Part shown: one piece after another, positions 22,498-32,749 of the stretch
Layout: each line of letters starts with the position of its first letter
How positions within the stretch are numbered: position 1 is the first letter of the stretch
DNA from: an uncultured Planctomycetota bacterium
GTDB lineage: Bacteria; Planctomycetota; Planctomycetia; Isosphaerales; Isosphaeraceae
Assembly (NCBI GenBank): GCA_963823665.1
Contig: CAWGMQ010000008.1
Location: forward strand, 1,600,001-1,664,000
Length of the DNA: 64,000 bases
Reading direction: 5' to 3'
Position numbers and translations under genes: made by a program
Notes under the pieces: model-generated
Database searches by the model: none
The model's input: only the letters and a program-made list of their open reading frames with translations
What the model was told of the DNA's origin: nothing

Positions 22498-25104
22498 TCA
22501 CAATCGCGGGTCGACCGGCTCGCTTTCAAGAGCCAGGACGCCGAAGACGCATTCGTGCACTTTGCGAAGAGGCTCACGGCGGACGAAGCGCTCGAGAGCC
22601 TCGACGCCGAGGGCGAACTCCGAGAGAGCGAGGGATCGTTTCCTGCCGAGACCACGGTTCCGCAGACGGACCAGATTTTGCTCATCCGTGTATTCTGGTC
22701 CGTAGATGATGCGAAGGTATTCGCGCCCCCTGCATTTGAGGGCTGGCTGGGCGAGCCCGCGGCCGCTCTGGTGAATGAAGCCGAGCGGCTTGACGACCAT
22801 GCCCTCGCCGCCTCGGCCGGTGAGCTCTTCCCACCAGGCGACAGCCGTGGACTCGGCGGCGGGATCGGCGAGATCGACGACGAGGAACGGAGTGGGAACG
22901 AAGAGCTCCGGGTCGGCCTCGGCTAGCCGGGCAAGTGTCGTGATGTGCCAGAGGTGATCGTTGCCGACATGTACCCAGCTCTCGGTGGCCAGGAGATGAA
23001 AAGGGGCCAGCTTCAGATCCGTCAGCGATTCGACACGCCAGCAATAGCGGCGATAGGCGTCAACGAACCGGCGGACATCTTGCTCGCGACCACGAGCGGA
23101 TTGTTCGATCGAGGATGCTTTCTCCTTCTCGAGGCCATGCAAACGCGCGGCTGCACTGCCGAGCGCCGCGATGGCCTTTGGAAGGGCTGCCAGGCCGGAG
23201 GCGCCTACCGGAGCATATTGAACACGCAGCAGCTCCTGCGCCTTGGCGGACCAGGGCATGAGCTCGCAGTCGAGGCAGGCCCAGTGCGTGTCAAGCTCGG
23301 ACCAGAGTCCGGAGCGATCCATCGCCGCGGCGACGCGATCCAGAAATGCTCGCTCGAGCGTCTGGTCGCTGAAGAACCGCCTGCCGGTGCGAGTGGCGAC
23401 CATGCCGATCTCGCCTGCATCGACACCGAAGCGCTCGCGCGCGGATTTTTCGTCGCGGCAGATGATCACGACAGCACGCGATCCCATATGTTTTTCCTGG
23501 CAAATCACCGACGTGACATTCTGGCTCCGAAAGTAGGCAAAGACTTCTGCCGGATGTTCGAGGAGGCCGGGGGCTTCGCTGGTTTCGCACGGAGACATCG
23601 TGGGCGGCAGATAGATTAGACAGCGCGGGTCGACGGCGAACCGGCTCATCACCTCGAGCGCGGCCGCCGCGTTTTCTTCGCGGATCGTGACGTTGCCGCG
23701 CAGGCGAGTCGCAATGAATCGCTTGCCGAGCACATCATCGGCATCGAGCAGATCGTCGCAGGCCTGCTGGGCGGTCAGCGGGGCATCCGGCGATTCGCCC
23801 GGAAGGAAGGGGCGGACCGGTTCGCAGTAAATCCTCGCGGCGGGAACCGAGACGAATTCACGTTCGGGGTAGCGCAAGGCCGTGAGCTTGCCGCCGAAGA
23901 CGCAACCGGTGTCGATGTTGACGGTCTGGTTGAGCCACTGGGGCGCAGGGACAGGCGTGTGGCCATAGACGACGGCAGCGCGGCCACGATAATCCTTGGC
24001 CCAATCGCAGCGAACGGGCAGGCCCAGGTCGTCGGTTTCGCCTGTTGTTTCGCCATAGAGCGCGAAGTCGCGCACGCGAGCCGAAGCCCGGCCTTGCATC
24101 TCTGCTTTCATTCCGGCGTGAGCGACCACGAGCTTGGTGTCGTCGAGGACGTAGTGGCTGACCAGGGAGTCGAGGAAGGCAGCCAGCTCGGTGCGGAGCG
24201 AGCCACGGTCCTCCTCGGGAACGGTTTCAATTTCGGTGAGCGTGAGGGCAAGCCCGTGAGCGATTTTCACGTCGCGGCCTCGAAGCTTCCTGAGCAGTTT
24301 CTCGTCGTGATTGCCTGGGACGCAGAGGGCGGAGCCGTGTTGCACCATATTCCGAACCAGGCGCACGGTGTCGAGAATGCGCGGGCCGCGATCGACGAGA
24401 TCGCCCACGAAGACAGCTTTCCTTCCCTGCGGATGGGCGTAGACGAGGCCGGAGTCGAGGGTGGGGCCTCCGGGCACCCTCGCAATGGCCTGATAACCCA
24501 GCCGCGCCAGCAGCGTTTCCAGCTCATCGCAACAGCCGTGGACGTCGCCGATCAGATCGAATGGGCCGTGGTCATCACGTCGATCATTCCACAGAGGCGT
24601 TCGCTCGATCGTTGCGAGCTCGGCGTCTTCGAGTCGCTCGAACGTGAAGACGTAGCGGAAGCCCTCCTTGGCAAGTCGTGCAAGGGAGCGCCTCATTTGT
24701 GACTGCTGATGGCGGATCACGTGCGGACCGAACGTGCGGTCGGGACGGGCGAGGTTTCGGTCATGACAGATCTTTTCGGGAAGGTCGAAGACGATTGCTA
24801 CGGGAAGGCAGTGAAAGCGCCGGGCGAGCTCGACCAAGGGCTTGCGGGATTCGGGTTGGACGTTGGTGGCATCGATCACGGTCAACTTGCCGACTTCGAG
24901 TCGTGCGCTGGCGATGTGGTGGAGGACCTGGAAGGCATGGACCGTGACCGACTGGTCGTTTTCGTTGTCGGAGACCATCGCGCGGCATGCGTCGGAAGAG
25001 AGGACTTCGGTGGGGAGAAAATGCCTGCGCGCGAAGGTTGTCTTGCCGGAGCCGCTGGGGCCGATCAGGACGACGAGGCTGAGGTTGGGGATTTTGATGT
25101 GCAT
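22498..25104 (-). CDS. pnkp: Bacterial polynucleotide kinase-phosphatase-ligase (Pnkp), RNA repair
   Basis: Kinase GPSGSGKT; metallophosphatase GDVHG/GDLVDRG/GNHD; ligase QEKHMGSR, EGMVVKP, KCRGREYLRIIYG; C-terminus ESEPVDPRL. Confidence 0.95.
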   Translation of the reverse strand: MHIKIPNLSLVVLIGPSGSGKTTFARRHFLPTEVLSSDACRAMVSDNENDQSVTVHAFQVLHHIASARLEVGKLTVIDATNVQPESRKPLVELARRFHCLPVAIVFDLPEKICHDRNLARPDRTFGPHVIRHQQSQMRRSLARLAKEGFRYVFTFERLEDAELATIERTPLWNDRRDDHGPFDLIGDVHGCCDELETLLARLGYQAIARVPGGPTLDSGLVYAHPQGRKAVFVGDLVDRGPRILDTVRLVRNMVQHGSALCVPGNHDEKLLRKLRGRDVKIAHGLALTLTEIETVPEEDRGSLRTELAAFLDSLVSHYVLDDTKLVVAHAGMKAEMQGRASARVRDFALYGETTGETDDLGLPVRCDWAKDYRGRAAVVYGHTPVPAPQWLNQTVNIDTGCVFGGKLTALRYPEREFVSVPAARIYCEPVRPFLPGESPDAPLTAQQACDDLLDADDVLGKRFIATRLRGNVTIREENAAAALEVMSRFAVDPRCLIYLPPTMSPCETSEAPGLLEHPAEVFAYFRSQNVTSVICQEKHMGSRAVVIICRDEKSARERFGVDAGEIGMVATRTGRRFFSDQTLERAFLDRVAAAMDRSGLWSELDTHWACLDCELMPWSAKAQELLRVQYAPVGASGLAALPKAIAALGSAAARLHGLEKEKASSIEQSARGREQDVRRFVDAYRRYCWRVESLTDLKLAPFHLLATESWVHVGNDHLWHITTLARLAEADPELFVPTPFLVVDLADPAAESTAVAWWEELTGRGGEGMVVKPLGFIHQSGRGLAQPALKCRGREYLRIIYGPEYTDEQNLVRLRNRGLGRKRSLALSEFALGVEALERFVRREPLRKVHECVFGVLALESEPVDPRL

Positions 25105-25123
25105 TCGCGGCGGTCTGGATCCT

Positions 25124-26524
25124 TCAAGCCGTGCGGTTAAAGATCGCCATCTGTGTGGGCGAGCCGAGGGACGCGTCCTCTGGACCAACGGGAACGAACT
25201 GGACTGCGTAGCCGTGCAAGGCAGCGACATGCCCGGCCCAGGAGCGAAACTCGGCGCGCGTCCATTCGAATCGATGGTCCGGGTGCCGCAATTTTTCGCT
25301 TCCAACGTTTTGCCAGGTGACATTGTATTCGCGGTTGGGGGTGGTGAGCACGACTGTCGCCGGGCGGGCGAACTCGAATACGGTTCGTTCGAGCGCGCGA
25401 AGCCTGGGCGGGTCGAGGTGCTCGATCACTTCGACCAGCGCGGCTGCGTCGAAGCCTTCGAGGCGGCGATCGCGGTATGTCAGCGACCCATGAATCAGCC
25501 GGATCCGGCGGGACTGAGTCTCGGTGAGGCGGTCAAGACGAAGCCGTTCGCTTGCTCGCTCGAGGGATCGAATGGACACATCGAGCCCTACGAGCTCGTC
25601 GAACTGATTTTCGCCGAACAGCCGCTTGAGCAGATTTCCTTCGGCGCACCCGAGGTCAAGGATCTTTCGAGCGCCACAGTTCTTGAGCGCTGCGAGGACA
25701 GCTTCGATGCGCTGCTCGTTCAGGCTGAGCGGCTGCTCGAGGGAGAGCTCGGCGAGATCACTCTGGTTCTCGCCGACTTCGGGCACGGAGTCATCCGCGC
25801 CCTCGGTCAGCCGTGCGAGGGCCTGCCGGTAGAGGCTGGGCTGGAATTTCAGGTAGCGGCGTGCGATTTCCTCCTTGTGAGGATGGCCGGATAGCCACGT
25901 GCCACCGTGTGCCAGGAGCTTTTCGAGCTCGTCGTCGCCGACGTAGTAGTGCTTGTGGTTGTCGAAGACAGGGATCAGCACGTAGAGGTGAGCGAGCAAG
26001 TCGGAGAGTCGCGCAGTGATCGAGAGCGTCACCGAAAAGTACGGTCCATCGCCCCACTCGGGGAACTGTTCATCGAGCGGATGACGGACGGCGTGGACCG
26101 TGTAGCCGAGCGGCTCGAAGAAGGCTGCGAGCAAGCGCTCGCCGCCGCGGACGGGGAGAACGTCGATGCTCGCGGAGAGGGGAATCGGCGTCTGGGTAAG
26201 CTCGGGGCGGTCTTTGCATCGTCCTTGCAAGGCGGAGCCGTAGACCTGGGCGATGGCCACGCTCAGGAACGACGTTGCGGCGTATGAGCGATCGTTGACG
26301 TACTGGGAGAGCAGGCCGTTGCCTGTTCCCTTGCCACGGACCAAGCCGACGGGGTCGACATCGAGCAGCAGGCAGGCCGTGCAGCAATCGTCTGCGACCT
26401 GCGGGTAGAAGACATGGGCTCGGCCGAAGCTCAGGTCGTAGGTCTGGAAGCGGTCGGGGTGTTTGTGGAGCAGATAGCCGAGATCCGTCGCGCTTGAGTG
26501 CCGGGTTGTGATTGAGAGAAGCAT
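25124..26524 (-). CDS. hen1: 3'-terminal RNA ribose 2'-O-methyltransferase Hen1
   Basis: MLLSITT...ATDLGYLLHKHP, YVNDR.Y, LDLGCAEG, EVIEH, TTPNREYN, RHPDHRFEWTR.EF. Confidence 0.95.
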   Translation of the reverse strand: MLLSITTRHSSATDLGYLLHKHPDRFQTYDLSFGRAHVFYPQVADDCCTACLLLDVDPVGLVRGKGTGNGLLSQYVNDRSYAATSFLSVAIAQVYGSALQGRCKDRPELTQTPIPLSASIDVLPVRGGERLLAAFFEPLGYTVHAVRHPLDEQFPEWGDGPYFSVTLSITARLSDLLAHLYVLIPVFDNHKHYYVGDDELEKLLAHGGTWLSGHPHKEEIARRYLKFQPSLYRQALARLTEGADDSVPEVGENQSDLAELSLEQPLSLNEQRIEAVLAALKNCGARKILDLGCAEGNLLKRLFGENQFDELVGLDVSIRSLERASERLRLDRLTETQSRRIRLIHGSLTYRDRRLEGFDAAALVEVIEHLDPPRLRALERTVFEFARPATVVLTTPNREYNVTWQNVGSEKLRHPDHRFEWTRAEFRSWAGHVAALHGYAVQFVPVGPEDASLGSPTQMAIFNRTA

Positions 26525-26670
26525 CGGCGTTTTCCTCAATCGGGCGTTGCGGAGCGTGGAGGGTCTGGAGGGTTGGGATCGATCTTGAAATTGACACGGA
26601 CTCGGCGTTGGGGGTTCGACCGAACCTGAGACTCGTCGCTCCGGGCCAAATGGGGCTTTGTGACGCAGGG

Positions 26671-26850
26671 AAATCCTTTCGCGGAGCGAAGGGCGACAAT
26701 CGACGCTCGAATCGGGCCACTCCCGGCGCAGTGCCGTACAGAAATCCCTTCGCGGAGCGAAGGGCGACAATCGACGCTCGAATCGGGCCACTCCCAGCGC
26801 AGTGCCGTACAGAAATCCCTTCGCGGAGCGAAGGGCGACAATGGACGCTC
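26671..26850. repeat. 71-bp tandem repeat, ~2.5 copies, each with palindrome CCYTTCGCGGAGCGAAGGG
   Basis: Units start at 26671, 26742 and 26813 and are nearly identical over the whole unit. Confidence 0.9.
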
Positions 26851-26856
26851 GCGCCG

Positions 26857-27342
26857 CTACGCGGCCGGTTTTTTGTGGGCGGCGTGGTGTTTTCGGAGTT
26901 GGATAACCAGGTAGGCGACGATTGCGAGGTTTACAAGCAGCACGGCGATACGGAACCAACTGTGTTTTTGCACGATCTCGTAGATCTCGAACGGGATGAG
27001 CGAGCTGGTGGCGAGCACGACGAGGTATCCGGCCCAGTCGCGTTCGAGAATGAGGCCGATGCCCTCGATGAGATGGAGAGCGGCGTAAAAGAACGTGCCG
27101 GCCTGGATGGCGCGCAGGCGCGATCGATCGATTCCGGTCAGCGTCGAGATGATGAGATTGATGAAATGGTTATGCGGATCAAGGCCCAGGTGGGCGCTCC
27201 AGCGCTCGATGGACTGGCCGGGATCACGGCTCACCCAGCGGACGAAAACCAAGCCGAACACGACGGCGATCAGCCCGCTGGCGAGCTTGAGGAAGCCGAT
27301 TACCCGGAAACCCATGTAACCACTGCGCGAGGGGAGATGCAT
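26857..27342 (-). CDS. DUF2127 family membrane protein
   Basis: IGFLKL, HLGLDP, FFYAALHLIEGIGL...WAGYL...TSSLIPFEIYE, VNLAIVAYL. Confidence 0.85.
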   Translation of the reverse strand: MHLPSRSGYMGFRVIGFLKLASGLIAVVFGLVFVRWVSRDPGQSIERWSAHLGLDPHNHFINLIISTLTGIDRSRLRAIQAGTFFYAALHLIEGIGLILERDWAGYLVVLATSSLIPFEIYEIVQKHSWFRIAVLLVNLAIVAYLVIQLRKHHAAHKKPAA

Positions 27343-27365
27343 GCGAGTGTATGCTCCGTCGGGAC

Positions 27366-28166
27366 TCACCAGCGCGAGTCCCTGTCGTCGTCGCCCGACT
27401 CGAACCGCATGTGCTTGACCGAAGCGCCCGAATCACGCAGCTCGATGAGCGAGTCGATCCCGATTTCCAGGTGCTTGCGGACGAACCGCTCGGTGACCGC
27501 CTTGTCGCTTCGACTGGATTTCACTCCTTCGGGCGTCATCGGGCTGTCCGATACGAGGAGAAGTGCGCCCTTGGGGATGTGGTTGACGAAGCCGACGATG
27601 AAGATGGTGGCCGTTTCCATATCGATGGCCGAGGCGCGGATCTTTTTCAGATACTCTTTGAATTCCTGGTCATGTTCCCAGACCCGGCGATTGGTGGTGT
27701 AGACAGTTCCGGTCCAGTAGTCGAAGCCGTGCTTGACGATCATCGTCGAGACCGCGCGCTGGAGGCGGAATGAGGGAAGTGCGGGAATCTCCTCGGGCAT
27801 GTAGTCGTTGCTGGCGCCTTCGCCTCGTATGGCGGCGATGGGGAGAATAAAGTCGCCGACCTTGGTCTTCTTGAGTCCGCCGCACTTGCCCAGGAAGAGC
27901 ACCGCTTTGGGTTCGATGGCCGCGAGCAGGTCCATCACGGTGGCGGCCATCGCGCTTCCCATGCCGAAATTGAGGATGGTCAGGTTCTCGGCCGTGGCGG
28001 ATTGCATGGGGTGGTCGCGGCCGGTGACCTCGACGCCGAACCGCTCGGCGAACATCTCGACGTACTTGATGAAGTTGCTGAGCAGGATGAACTGACCGAA
28101 TTCCTCGAGCGAGCGCCCGGTGTATCGGGGAAGCCAATCGCGCACGATTTCGGCCTTGGTTTTCAC
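27366..28166 (-). CDS. amn: AMP nucleosidase
   Basis: KTKAEIVRDWLPRYTG, NFGMGSAMAAT, FLGKCGGLK, AIRGEG.SNDY, IDMETAT; GTG start at 28166. Confidence 0.9.
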   Translation of the reverse strand: MKTKAEIVRDWLPRYTGRSLEEFGQFILLSNFIKYVEMFAERFGVEVTGRDHPMQSATAENLTILNFGMGSAMAATVMDLLAAIEPKAVLFLGKCGGLKKTKVGDFILPIAAIRGEGASNDYMPEEIPALPSFRLQRAVSTMIVKHGFDYWTGTVYTTNRRVWEHDQEFKEYLKKIRASAIDMETATIFIVGFVNHIPKGALLLVSDSPMTPEGVKSSRSDKAVTERFVRKHLEIGIDSLIELRDSGASVKHMRFESGDDDRDSRW

Positions 28167-28322
28167 GATGTCGGCACTCGCGGAATTCCGGCGCGGCTCG
28201 AGCTCGAGACAGATCGAGCCGGCACGTCGCTTGCTCAGTCGTGTTGCAAGCCGCAACGTGGATATAGTAAGGGATCATCGCACGTCAAGCCTAGACCCGG
28301 CAAACGAGATCGAGGCCTTCTC

Positions 28323-29916
28323 ATGGAGCTTGAGGAATTGATCGAGGGCCTGTCTGAATCGAAGGCCTATTCTGAGCCTGTTGATTCGGTGGAGCTGCGC
28401 CAGACGCACATCTCGCTGGTGTTCCTGGCGGGCCGGCATGCCTACAAGATCAAGAAGCCGGTGGACCTCGGTTTCTTGGACTACACCACGCTCGAGCAGC
28501 GCCGGCATTTCTGCGAAGAAGAAGTGCGATTGAATCGACGGCTGGCACCTTCCGTCTATCTGGGGGTTGTGCCGGTTACATTCGATGGCACTCAGATCAA
28601 GATGGAGGGCGCGGGCGACGCTATCGAATGGGCGGTCAAGATGGAGCGACTGGCGGATTCGGCCACGCTTGGCGCGCACCTCAGATGCGGCGAGGTTGAT
28701 GCCGGTTCGATTCAAGAGCTGGCCCGGCGGCTTGCGAGGTTTCACGCTCAGGCTGAAGGTGGGGCGAAGGTCGCGCTGGGCGGCTCGTTCGAGGTGGTGG
28801 CGCAGAATGCGAGAGAGAATTTCGAACAGTCGGCCACGCATGTGGGCGTGACCGTGAGCAAGTCGACCTTCGAGCGATTGAGGGCCCTCACGGAAACTGC
28901 GCTCGCGGAATTGCGCCAGCTCATCACCGGTCGTGCATCCCGAGGAGTTCCACGCGACACGCATGGAGACCTGCGCCTCGATCACGTCTACTGGTTCCCG
29001 GAGAGACGCGCCGCCGGACGATTGGGTTGTGGTCGATTGCATCGAATTCAGCGAACGGTTTCGCCATGCCGACCCGATCGCGGAGGTTGCATTTCTGGCC
29101 ATGGAGCTGGCGGTCGAGGGCCGCAGCGACCTGGCGGACCCATTTGTCGAGGCCTACCTGCACGCCACCGGTGATGAGGAAGGGCGTTCATTGCTGCCGT
29201 TCTATCGGGCATATCGGGCGGCGGTCCGGGGAAAGGTTGAGGGGATGAAGCTGGCCGAGGCCGAGGTGCCGGAAACGGAGAAAGCTCTGGCGCGAGCGAA
29301 GGCCCAGGCTCGCTGGCTTTGTGCACTGAGCGAGCTGGAAGTGCCGGGCCGCAGGCCTTGCCTGGTCCTCGTGGGTGGCCTGCCTGGAAGCGGCAAGTCG
29401 ACCTTGGCCCGCAAGCTGAGGGAGGGAGCCGGATTCTCGGTTCTACGATCGGATGTGGTGCGCAAGGAGCTGGCTGGCCGGCGCGGGCCCGTAGGTGGTC
29501 AAAGGGAACTTGGCGAAGATTTTTATACGGAAGAATGGAACGATCGGACGTATCGAGAGTGTCTGCGCCGAGCCGAGAAGATCTTGTTCGAAGGAGGCCG
29601 TGTGCTGGTCGATGCGAGCTTTTCCAGTGAGGCACGGCGGCGGTTGTTTCTGGACGCGGGCCGGCGGTGGGGAGTTTCTGCGTGCTTGATTCTTTGTCGT
29701 GCGGATGCGGAATTGGTCCGTGAGCGGCTTGAGAGACGGAAGGGCGACGTCTCTGACGCGGACTGGGAGATTCACGGCACTCTGGCGCGGCGGTGGGAGG
29801 AACTCGGGACGGAGACGGCGGCGGTGGGGGAGTGGATTGATACCGGTGGGACGGTGGACGGCGCTGTGGAGCGAGCGCTTGATGTGCTGCGGGGGTTTGG
29901 GGTCGTTGAAAAGTGA
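28323..29916 (+). CDS. Aminoglycoside-phosphotransferase-like + AAA_33 kinase fusion; apparent frameshift near 29010
   Basis: QTHISLVFL...YKIKKPV..GFLD, HGDLRLDH, then DCIEFSERFR, GGLPGSGKST, SDADW. Confidence 0.88.
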
Positions 29917-29920
29917 AATC

Positions 29921-29942
29921 GTCAGGCTAAAGCCTGACCTAC
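29921..29942 (-). repeat. GTAG-type REP palindrome
   Basis: Minus strand GTAG-GTCAGGCT-TT-AGCCTGAC, between convergent genes. Confidence 0.7.
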
Positions 29943-29990
29943 TTGCGGTCGAGAGTCAGCCGCTAGTACGCCGCAGAGCGGCTCGAGGGA

Positions 29991-30017
29991 CGTTCCCACG
30001 GGGACCGTGGGAACGAG
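29991..30017. repeat. REP-like palindrome
   Basis: CGTTCCCACG-GGGAC-CGTGGGAACG(AG). Confidence 0.7.
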
Positions 30018-30024
30018 GAGGCAC

Positions 30025-31284
30025 TCACGCCAGCACGGGTAAGGGGTCGAAGGGGGCGCCCAGGATCTGCCGGGGGGGGACGGAGAGCCAGCGGTCGAGA
30101 AGGGTGGCGTAGATGCGGCGGAAGTCGATGGCGTGGCGAGGGTCGCCGTCGTCCAGTTGAGTCAAGTCGGGGTAGGGGCCGTGCAGGCCGGGTTTTACCG
30201 GACGGCCTAGCAGGAAGACGGGTGCCGCGGTGCCGTGGTCGGTGCCGGCGCTGCCATTCTCATTCAGCCGGCGGCCGAACTCGGAGAAGACGAGCACGAG
30301 CACGCGGTCCGCTTCGCCTGATTTCTCGAGGTCGTCGAGGAAAGCCGTGAGCGATTGGCCAAGGTGGCGCATGAGCTGGGCGTGCTGCTGAAGTTGAGCG
30401 CTGTGGGTATCAAAGCCGTCCAGGTGCGTGTAATAGATCGAAGTGGACAAGCCGCCCTTGATCAACTGGGCAATCAGACGCAGACGGCGGGCCAGGCTGT
30501 AGAAGTCCGGATAGTTTGGAGGTGCTGATGCCTGGTTCTGTTGCAGGCGTTCCAGTCGTGCGCTGCTGGCATACGTGATGACGGAACAGCGCTCGACGAA
30601 CTGGAGAAGCGATCCGCTCGTGCCCGAGTTTTGCCGGGCGAGCTGATCGAGGGCCGCGGCCTGCGCGGCGGGGCCGGCGGCCGAGGGCACGCCCAGGCGG
30701 CGGCGGAACTGCTCGAGGCGGTCGAGCGATGGGATCACGTGTTGGCCGCCGGAGAGCGACTGCGGTAGGAGCATGGCGTCGTGGATATGCAGGCCGGGTG
30801 CGTCGCCCTGGGGGGCGGGGCGCTCGTCGATCGCGCGGGCAAGCCAGCCTGGAGCTGCCTTGTCGTGGTCGAGGCGGGCCGTTTGCCAGATCGCCATACT
30901 TTCGAAGTGCGACCGGTTCGGGTTGGGATAACCCACACTCTGTACGATCGCCAGCCGATGCTGATCGAGCAGTTTGGAAAAGGGTTCGAGCTGCGGATGC
31001 AAGCCGACGTGGTCGTCGATTTTCTTGATCTCGGCCGCGGGAATCCCAATGGTGGGCCGTTGCTTGCGATACTCGTCGTCGCGATAGGGGACGACGGTGT
31101 TCAGGCCGTCGTTGCCGCCGTCGAGCTGGACCACGACGAGGATGCGGCCGCCTGCGGCGGTTTGTTTTTCGTCGGAAAGCGCCGCAGCCGATCGGGCCAG
31201 AAACAGTGGGACAGTCTGTCCGCAGGCCAGCAAGGTCGAGGTGCCGAGACCGAGGCGGATCATTTCGCGGCGAGTGGGGTGCAT
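30025..31284 (-). CDS. DUF1501 family protein (Tat signal)
   Basis: TRREMIR, LVVVQLDGGNDGLNTVVP, NRSHFES, GFDTH, FSEFGRR..EN...GTDHG. Confidence 0.92.
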   Translation of the reverse strand: MHPTRREMIRLGLGTSTLLACGQTVPLFLARSAAALSDEKQTAAGGRILVVVQLDGGNDGLNTVVPYRDDEYRKQRPTIGIPAAEIKKIDDHVGLHPQLEPFSKLLDQHRLAIVQSVGYPNPNRSHFESMAIWQTARLDHDKAAPGWLARAIDERPAPQGDAPGLHIHDAMLLPQSLSGGQHVIPSLDRLEQFRRRLGVPSAAGPAAQAAALDQLARQNSGTSGSLLQFVERCSVITYASSARLERLQQNQASAPPNYPDFYSLARRLRLIAQLIKGGLSTSIYYTHLDGFDTHSAQLQQHAQLMRHLGQSLTAFLDDLEKSGEADRVLVLVFSEFGRRLNENGSAGTDHGTAAPVFLLGRPVKPGLHGPYPDLTQLDDGDPRHAIDFRRIYATLLDRWLSVPPRQILGAPFDPLPVLA

Positions 31285-31297
31285 TGTCATCTCCCGA

Positions 31298-32680
31298 TCA
31301 AGCGAGTTGAAATTCCGGGCAATTCGCGACGAGCTGAAGAGCCTTGCGCAAGGCAACCGGGCTGTTGCCACTCGCGGCTTCGAGCGTGAGGCGGCGGGCG
31401 TCCTTGCCGAGATCGTCTTGCAGCAGAAGATCGCTGATCGACTGCGCACACTGGTCGACCTTGATCTTAAATCGCGCTGTCCATTCGACCGGATCAAACG
31501 GCGAGAGACCGTTTTCGGCGCGGCCCCAGATGACGTCTGAAGCCCAGTTGGTTCGCTCGAGGAGTGTGGCGCTGTTGATCCAGTTTTGGCCGCCAACCCA
31601 ACCCGCGACGTTCGGGGGCGCGAATAGCTCCTGGCCTTGTGCATCGCATGCCGCGGAGAGAGCCAGTGGGTTTAATGCAGGCCGGGGGATTTCGAGCATG
31701 CGTACCAGCCCCGCGCTGTGCTCCACGGGCGACTTGATCCGAGTGCGATAGGCCGCGGGCGAGTAAAAGTGCCGTGAGCGGAGGATGATCTCGACCACCG
31801 GGCCGATGGCGAAGTGATGCGACCTGATCTCGGCGGCCAGGGGCTCGATCAGCTCGGCGGACGCGGGACCGGCTTCGCTGACGAAGAACCGATAGAGCTT
31901 CTGAGCCAGGAATATCGCGGCCTGGGGGCGATCGAGCACGATGCGGACGATGTCGGCCGCTTGCCAGGGGCCGGTCTGGCCCAGGAAGGTTTTGGTTCCG
32001 TTGTCGACCTGTGCGGGCTCGTGGATGAAGCTGGCGGTCTCGCGGGAACCGCGTGCATCCTGGCGGACCCAGCCGGTGAACGCCCGGGCGGCTTCGCGGA
32101 TGTCGCGCTCGGTAAAGTTTCCGGGGCCCAAGGTGAAGAGCTCGAGGAACTCGCGGGCGAAGTTCTCGTTGGGCTTTTCCTTCCTGCTGGTTCCACCGTC
32201 GAGCCAGACGAGCATCGCGGGATCAGTCACAATGGCTTCGAGGAGCGGCGCAAAGCTACCGAGGGCTTTTGAGCGCAGCGTCTCGTTCTGGGCGTCCATG
32301 AGTGCGACGGACTCGACCTTCTTGTTGCTGGTGGCGAAGTGTCCGTGCCAGAAGAGGGTGAGCTTTTCGCGGAGCGGGTCTGGACCATGGAGGATGCGGT
32401 TGAGCCAGCAGACCTTGAGCAGCTCGATGTTCGACGAGGTGCGCGCCGTCTGCCGCAAACTATCGATGGCTTCCTGGGCGTCGGTGGGGAGCTGCGCCGG
32501 GTGAAAGAGATTCTCGACGCTACGGGCGGGGCCGGCCTGGAGGTCGCGGAGCAGCTCCGCGCGGGTGGCGCCGAAGCCGGCGCGGCGGTGCAGGTGGGCG
32601 ACCTTGCGGAGGTTCCAGGGGGATTCTGGAGCCGGCTCGTACGGGGACCAGGGGGATTGGTTTGACACGGTATGCCTCAC
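31298..32680 (-). CDS. DUF1800 family protein
   Basis: HLHRRAGFG, LREKLTLFWHGHFATS, PNENFAREFLELFTLG, PPNVAGW. Confidence 0.92.
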   Translation of the reverse strand: MRHTVSNQSPWSPYEPAPESPWNLRKVAHLHRRAGFGATRAELLRDLQAGPARSVENLFHPAQLPTDAQEAIDSLRQTARTSSNIELLKVCWLNRILHGPDPLREKLTLFWHGHFATSNKKVESVALMDAQNETLRSKALGSFAPLLEAIVTDPAMLVWLDGGTSRKEKPNENFAREFLELFTLGPGNFTERDIREAARAFTGWVRQDARGSRETASFIHEPAQVDNGTKTFLGQTGPWQAADIVRIVLDRPQAAIFLAQKLYRFFVSEAGPASAELIEPLAAEIRSHHFAIGPVVEIILRSRHFYSPAAYRTRIKSPVEHSAGLVRMLEIPRPALNPLALSAACDAQGQELFAPPNVAGWVGGQNWINSATLLERTNWASDVIWGRAENGLSPFDPVEWTARFKIKVDQCAQSISDLLLQDDLGKDARRLTLEAASGNSPVALRKALQLVANCPEFQLA

Positions 32681-32697
32681 GTGGTTCGGCCAGTCAT

Positions 32698-32721
32698 TCG
32701 CACTCGGCCCTCACCCGGCCT
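32698..32721. repeat. CCCTCACCCGGCC-type dispersed repeat (second copy at 44976-44999)
   Basis: Identical 24-mer TCGCACTCGGCCCTCACCCGGCCT just 3' of ECF copies 1 and 5. Confidence 0.7.
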
Positions 32722-32749
32722 GCGGCCACTTTCTACGCGGGTTGGGATC

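Noticed and set aside
26671..26850. Possible CRISPR mini-array (palindromic repeat at regular spacing)
   Set aside because: The spacer segments are near-identical copies, there are only 2.5 units and there are no cas genes; it is a tandem repeat
26525..26959. 145-aa N-terminal extension of Hen1 in the ORF track
   Set aside because: It is translation of the intergenic repeat; the family-typical start MLLSITT is at 26524
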